Positions 59,340-64,000 of a stretch of 64,000 nucleotides of DNA are shown here, piece after piece. The notes beneath the pieces were generated by a model that saw nothing but the letters and a program-made list of their open reading frames with translations, was not told where the DNA came from and ran no database searches. Position 1 is the first letter of the stretch. Each line of letters begins with the position of its first letter. The DNA is from Eledone cirrhosa (lineage: Eukaryota). Made by a program: the position numbers and the translations under genes. The stretch spans positions 44,702,001-44,766,000 of the forward strand of contig OZ024746.1 in the NCBI GenBank assembly GCA_964016885.1. Direction: 5' to 3'.

Positions 59340-59567
59340 TTATTTGTTTACATTTCGGTTTACATAACGGTGGATTAGCAGTATCAGTGGAGGGTCGGAC
59401 GCCATGCTTTCCAGCATAGTTACGTCCCTTTACGATCTGAATTCAAATCCCGCCGAGGTTGACTTTGCCTTTCATCCTTACGGGGTCGATAAAATAAAGT
59501 ACCAGTAATGCACTGGGTAATTGCTGGCCTTGTGTCTAAAGTAGAAACAATTATTTGTTTACATTTC
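59340..59567 (+). mobile_element. tRNA-derived SINE with 17-bp TSD
   Basis: TTATTTGTTTACATTTC on both sides of SINE 59368-59552. Confidence 0.9.
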
Positions 59568-59838
59568 TAAATGTTGTGCGCTACAAACTCATCTTGTCTG
59601 ATTCTGATTTTTAAAACATTTTGTGGTTGACGAATACTGTGTCGATTTAATCGACTCTTCCCTTTCGAAATATTTATGGCCTCAAATTCTAAGAATAGAC
59701 CCATAATTGAAGCAAGCAATAGCTGTGGATGATAAACATATTTAATAACATCTGTTTACGCCCTGGATTCAAATTTCATCAGACGGGTCTTTCCATTTCA
59801 TCTTCTAAAAAACGGATAAACAAGTGTCAGTCAAATAC

Positions 59839-59950
59839 TTGCCTTTCATCCTTACGGGGTCGATAAAATAAAGTACCAGTTATGCACTGTGGTCGATTTA
59901 ATCGACCCCCCCCCCCCAAAAAAAAAATTACTGGCCTATAAGAAACCAAT
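59839..59950 (+). mobile_element. 5'-truncated SINE with a variant tail
   Basis: Family core followed by GGTCGATTTAATCGACC and a degenerate tail. Confidence 0.7.
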
Positions 59951-60338
59951 ATAAGTAAATCGTCGATTGGCCAAAGTGTATGACTTGTGGAAATTTAACT
60001 AAACAATTGATTCAGACAATACAAATTTGATTCAACCGTCGAGGAAAGCATTTATCACCCAGTACGCATATTATATACCTCATAGATAGAGCAATAACAA
60101 ATTTAAATGTTGGTTCATATTCGAAACTGTGGTTCTTGTGACACAAAATGAATTCAACTTCTGGGTTTATTGTCTACATTCATTGAAAATTGAGGTGTAT
60201 GGGGGTTATTAATCTAAATAAATTATCTTACGTTAAACCATGCATAGATAGTGTTCGTATTTTGGATACATGGCGATATATTTTGACATCCTTGTAATCA
60301 AAGTACATGTTATTCATAAATTTTGCGTAAATTTCTGC

Positions 60339-60369
<31 letters not shown>

Positions 60370-61711
60370 GCTTGTGTGCGTGTGTGTGTGTGACCGTGTG
60401 TGTGACCGTGTGTGTGTGTTGTGTGGTTGTTTGTGTATATAGTTTATTCTATCGACTTTGAAAAGATGAAAGTCGAGTTCTTTGAGATTTTTACCACTAA
60501 TAAGTACCACTATCATAATTATACATTTTAAGTAAGATCTAAAAAAAAGCGATATTGTACATACACATACATTTGATTTTACAGTTTCGCTTTCATACAC
60601 AAAGTTGAATTCATTTTTCTTTCGGTGGTAAAGTAAGATCATTGGCTATGGTCTATTCACCTCAACAATCTAGTGAATATATTGTGTTTTTTTTCTGTAA
60701 TACAGAGCATGATTTTCTAGATAAACAACATCCATAATGATAATTTTGAAAAAACTTTTATATATTTGTTCAAAGCTAAAATGGCATATTTGAGATCAAC
60801 AATATCCAGCCTAGTTTGAATATCTATTTCAAACTATAGATTCCATTCAGGTAAAATCTACAAAATATTAATATAACAAGCGCCTTTGAAAACCTGTCTC
60901 TCAGGTAATTTCGCTCCTCAGTTGAAGTCAAATCGCTAAAACCTTGAGAAGGGCATAGACGTCTCACACTCATTCCACTTCACTAAAGAACAGTGGCTTT
61001 GGGTCTAACTAAGGAATTAATAATTAGGTTACGCAGCTAAAATGTTAATTTCTTATTATGATTAATAAATATAGCTTATATTCAGGCGATTCGGTAATTA
61101 ATCAACATATGCATATTATCAAATCAACTAATAATGGTCGGTTTCACAGTGTTCCAATCAATTCCTCCAGTTCTATAAAACAAAAGAATTGCAATAAATT
61201 TAATTGCTTTCCATTTACCTTATTTTTGAACATACCTAGTTGATATGAACTCCAATAACACGAGTTGTGTAATGTATAACAGGATATGCATACGCTAGTC
61301 TTCGTATAGACATAACAATTGTCCACATCACATTACGACAAATTATTAATAATAGATATAATTTGGCTTCTTAAACGACTTAGGATTTTACATACTCTAC
61401 ATAACAGAATGTTTTCGTTTACAAAGATATGTTACATTTGATTGGTCTATATAGTTTTATGTCTATATGTGGAATAAATAACTAGATAAATTCTTTGCAT
61501 CAACTTTGATTGACAGACTATTAGAGTACGTTCTCTCAATTGATCACGTAACTGTGGGTTGAACGTAAAAGGAAAACCCATTTATATCACATTTAAAAAC
61601 ATTTCTTGCTTATTTTGGGTTATACATTTAAACTGTCTTCTTGTTCAGCGCAAACACGGAAGAATTCAGTGCATTTAGTGAAACCCAGTCGGGGGTAAAT
61701 ATTCGGTCAGT

Positions 61712-61809
61712 GCATATGATGTCTTTCCTTTTATCAGCAGACCTGGATTTCTTGCAAAACAGGCCCCGTCGTTCCTTGTCCTAACGAAAATCGCCATACT
61801 TACATCAAT

Positions 61810-61884
<75 letters not shown>

Positions 61885-61915
61885 CATATATATATATCTA
61901 TATGTATATAATATG

Positions 61916-61990
<75 letters not shown>

Positions 61991-62086
61991 TGATGTAAGT
62001 ATGGCGGTTTTCGTTAGGACGAGGAACGACGGGGCCTGTTTTGCAAGAAATCCAGGTCTGCTGATAAAGGGAAAGACATCATATGC
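61712..62086. mobile_element. Fold-back element: ~105-bp inverted arms around a (TA)n core
   Basis: 61712-61816 is inverted relative to 61982-62086, with few mismatches. Confidence 0.85.
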
Positions 62087-62173
62087 TTACATATATGTAT
62101 GTACGTATACATACTTATATTTAAGTAACAGCCGTAATAAGAGTGATAAATGAAATTTTGTTTCATTTTTTCC

Positions 62174-62857
<684 letters not shown>

Positions 62858-63169
62858 TCTTCTGGTTTTTACCAATATAGAGAGAGTCGGTTTCTAACAC
62901 AGACACAAGACTCTCTCATTGGAATTTACACAACATCAACTAGGTAGATATGTATGTATGCATGCATGTGTAGATATGGATGTTATTTTATGTGTGGATG
63001 TGGATGTTTTGAGTTACGTGTATGTGCTTTGATCTGTACATGAATATATGCAGTGATTAGATACAAAACTTGTATGTATGTATGTATATATGTATGTATG
63101 TATGTATGTATGAATGTATGTATGTATGTATGTATGTATGTATGTATGTATGTATGTATGTATATATTT

Positions 63170-63780
63170 ATGTCAGGTCATCAGTTGGTGCTACTGGTAA
63201 CATGTATCCCAGTACAACCTGTCTCATGGTCGGGTCATAGTCGACTAAACTGGCAACCCCACCAAGGTTTCTTGGTGAGGAGGGTGACTTTGGACATCCT
63301 GCAGGACTAAAAACAAAACCTGTCAAAGGGCAAAGGAGCTCTTAAGAGTCAATGGCCATCCAAAATCACAGGGAGAGATGACCCCTTAGCCTTTGTCAAG
63401 GCAGAATTCTAGGAGAAGGCAAACTCTGATACAACACCTGCAACCCTGATGGTATCCAATGATGTTGACTTGTTCTTCTTTTTGGTAAATATCATCTAGG
63501 TTAAGAGAGTGGGACTGGCTTTGTGCAGTGCCTTTGCTCACTATAAAAGCTTCACGGCATAGGCATTGCTTTATATCTGGAAATCTCTCTGTACTTGTCG
63601 TCACATGGTACCATGGACCCAGCACTATATGTCAATAATTGTCACAAGTGTAGTGTTTGTACCAGAGTTTTCAAGTCGCTGGCTGGACTAAAAAGTCACA
63701 CTCGTTCAGCGCATCTCCTACATGGATATAAAGTAGTGGCCGTACTCGAAAACGAGTTGGCAGCCACCATATATGTATGT
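63170..63780 (+). mobile_element. Probable internally deleted RTE-like LINE derivative next to (TATG)n
   Basis: GC-richer UTR-like 5' part. The 3' part encodes a C2H2 finger (CSVCTRVFKSLAGLKSHTRSAH), then a CTCG-AAAA-CGAG hairpin and a TATG tail. Confidence 0.5.
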
Positions 63781-64000
63781 AATAATCAATTTAAATAATA
63801 ATCAAAGACTCTTTAATCTTTCAAACATTGAATAACTAACGTTCGTTTCATCCTAGCACAAGGCAGTAAACATCGGAGTTTATCCAAAAGTTAAACACAA
63901 ACATAGGATCAAAACTTTGCTTCAAGAACATTTGGAAGATACATATTATAAGAGGTTAGATTAGAGTAATCATTAATATTTATATAAGGTAACTGAGGCG

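Overview
AT-rich, microsatellite-saturated animal DNA. The SINE family and (TA)n density suggest an octopod cephalopod; this is an inference. No host gene is confidently recognisable, only a few weak minus-strand exon candidates at about 43.7-47.8 kb. The window is dominated by Penelope-like retroelements (PLEs) with RT, a CxC-X5-C-X5-C linker and a C-terminal GIY-YIG endonuclease, most like the Hydra clade. There are about seven coding remnants, including an uninterrupted 506-aa 5'-truncated ORF at 33814-35334. Several PLE loci share one architecture: a 5'-truncated copy fused head-to-head to an inverted copy of its own 3' end, with the outer ends in microsatellites, mostly (TA)n. Arms reach 3.5 kb. 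Folding by eye reveals about a dozen type I hammerhead ribozyme motifs or relics near these 3' ends. Two different families show a non-canonical UUGAAAA core (U3-A8), and one ribozyme has a stem II built of microsatellite sequence. Also present are many tRNA-derived SINEs (three loci as TSD-SINE-TSD-SINE-TSD tandems), RTE LINE remnants, several fold-back/MITE-like elements and long simple repeats. Most ORFs in the supplied track are microsatellite translation artefacts.
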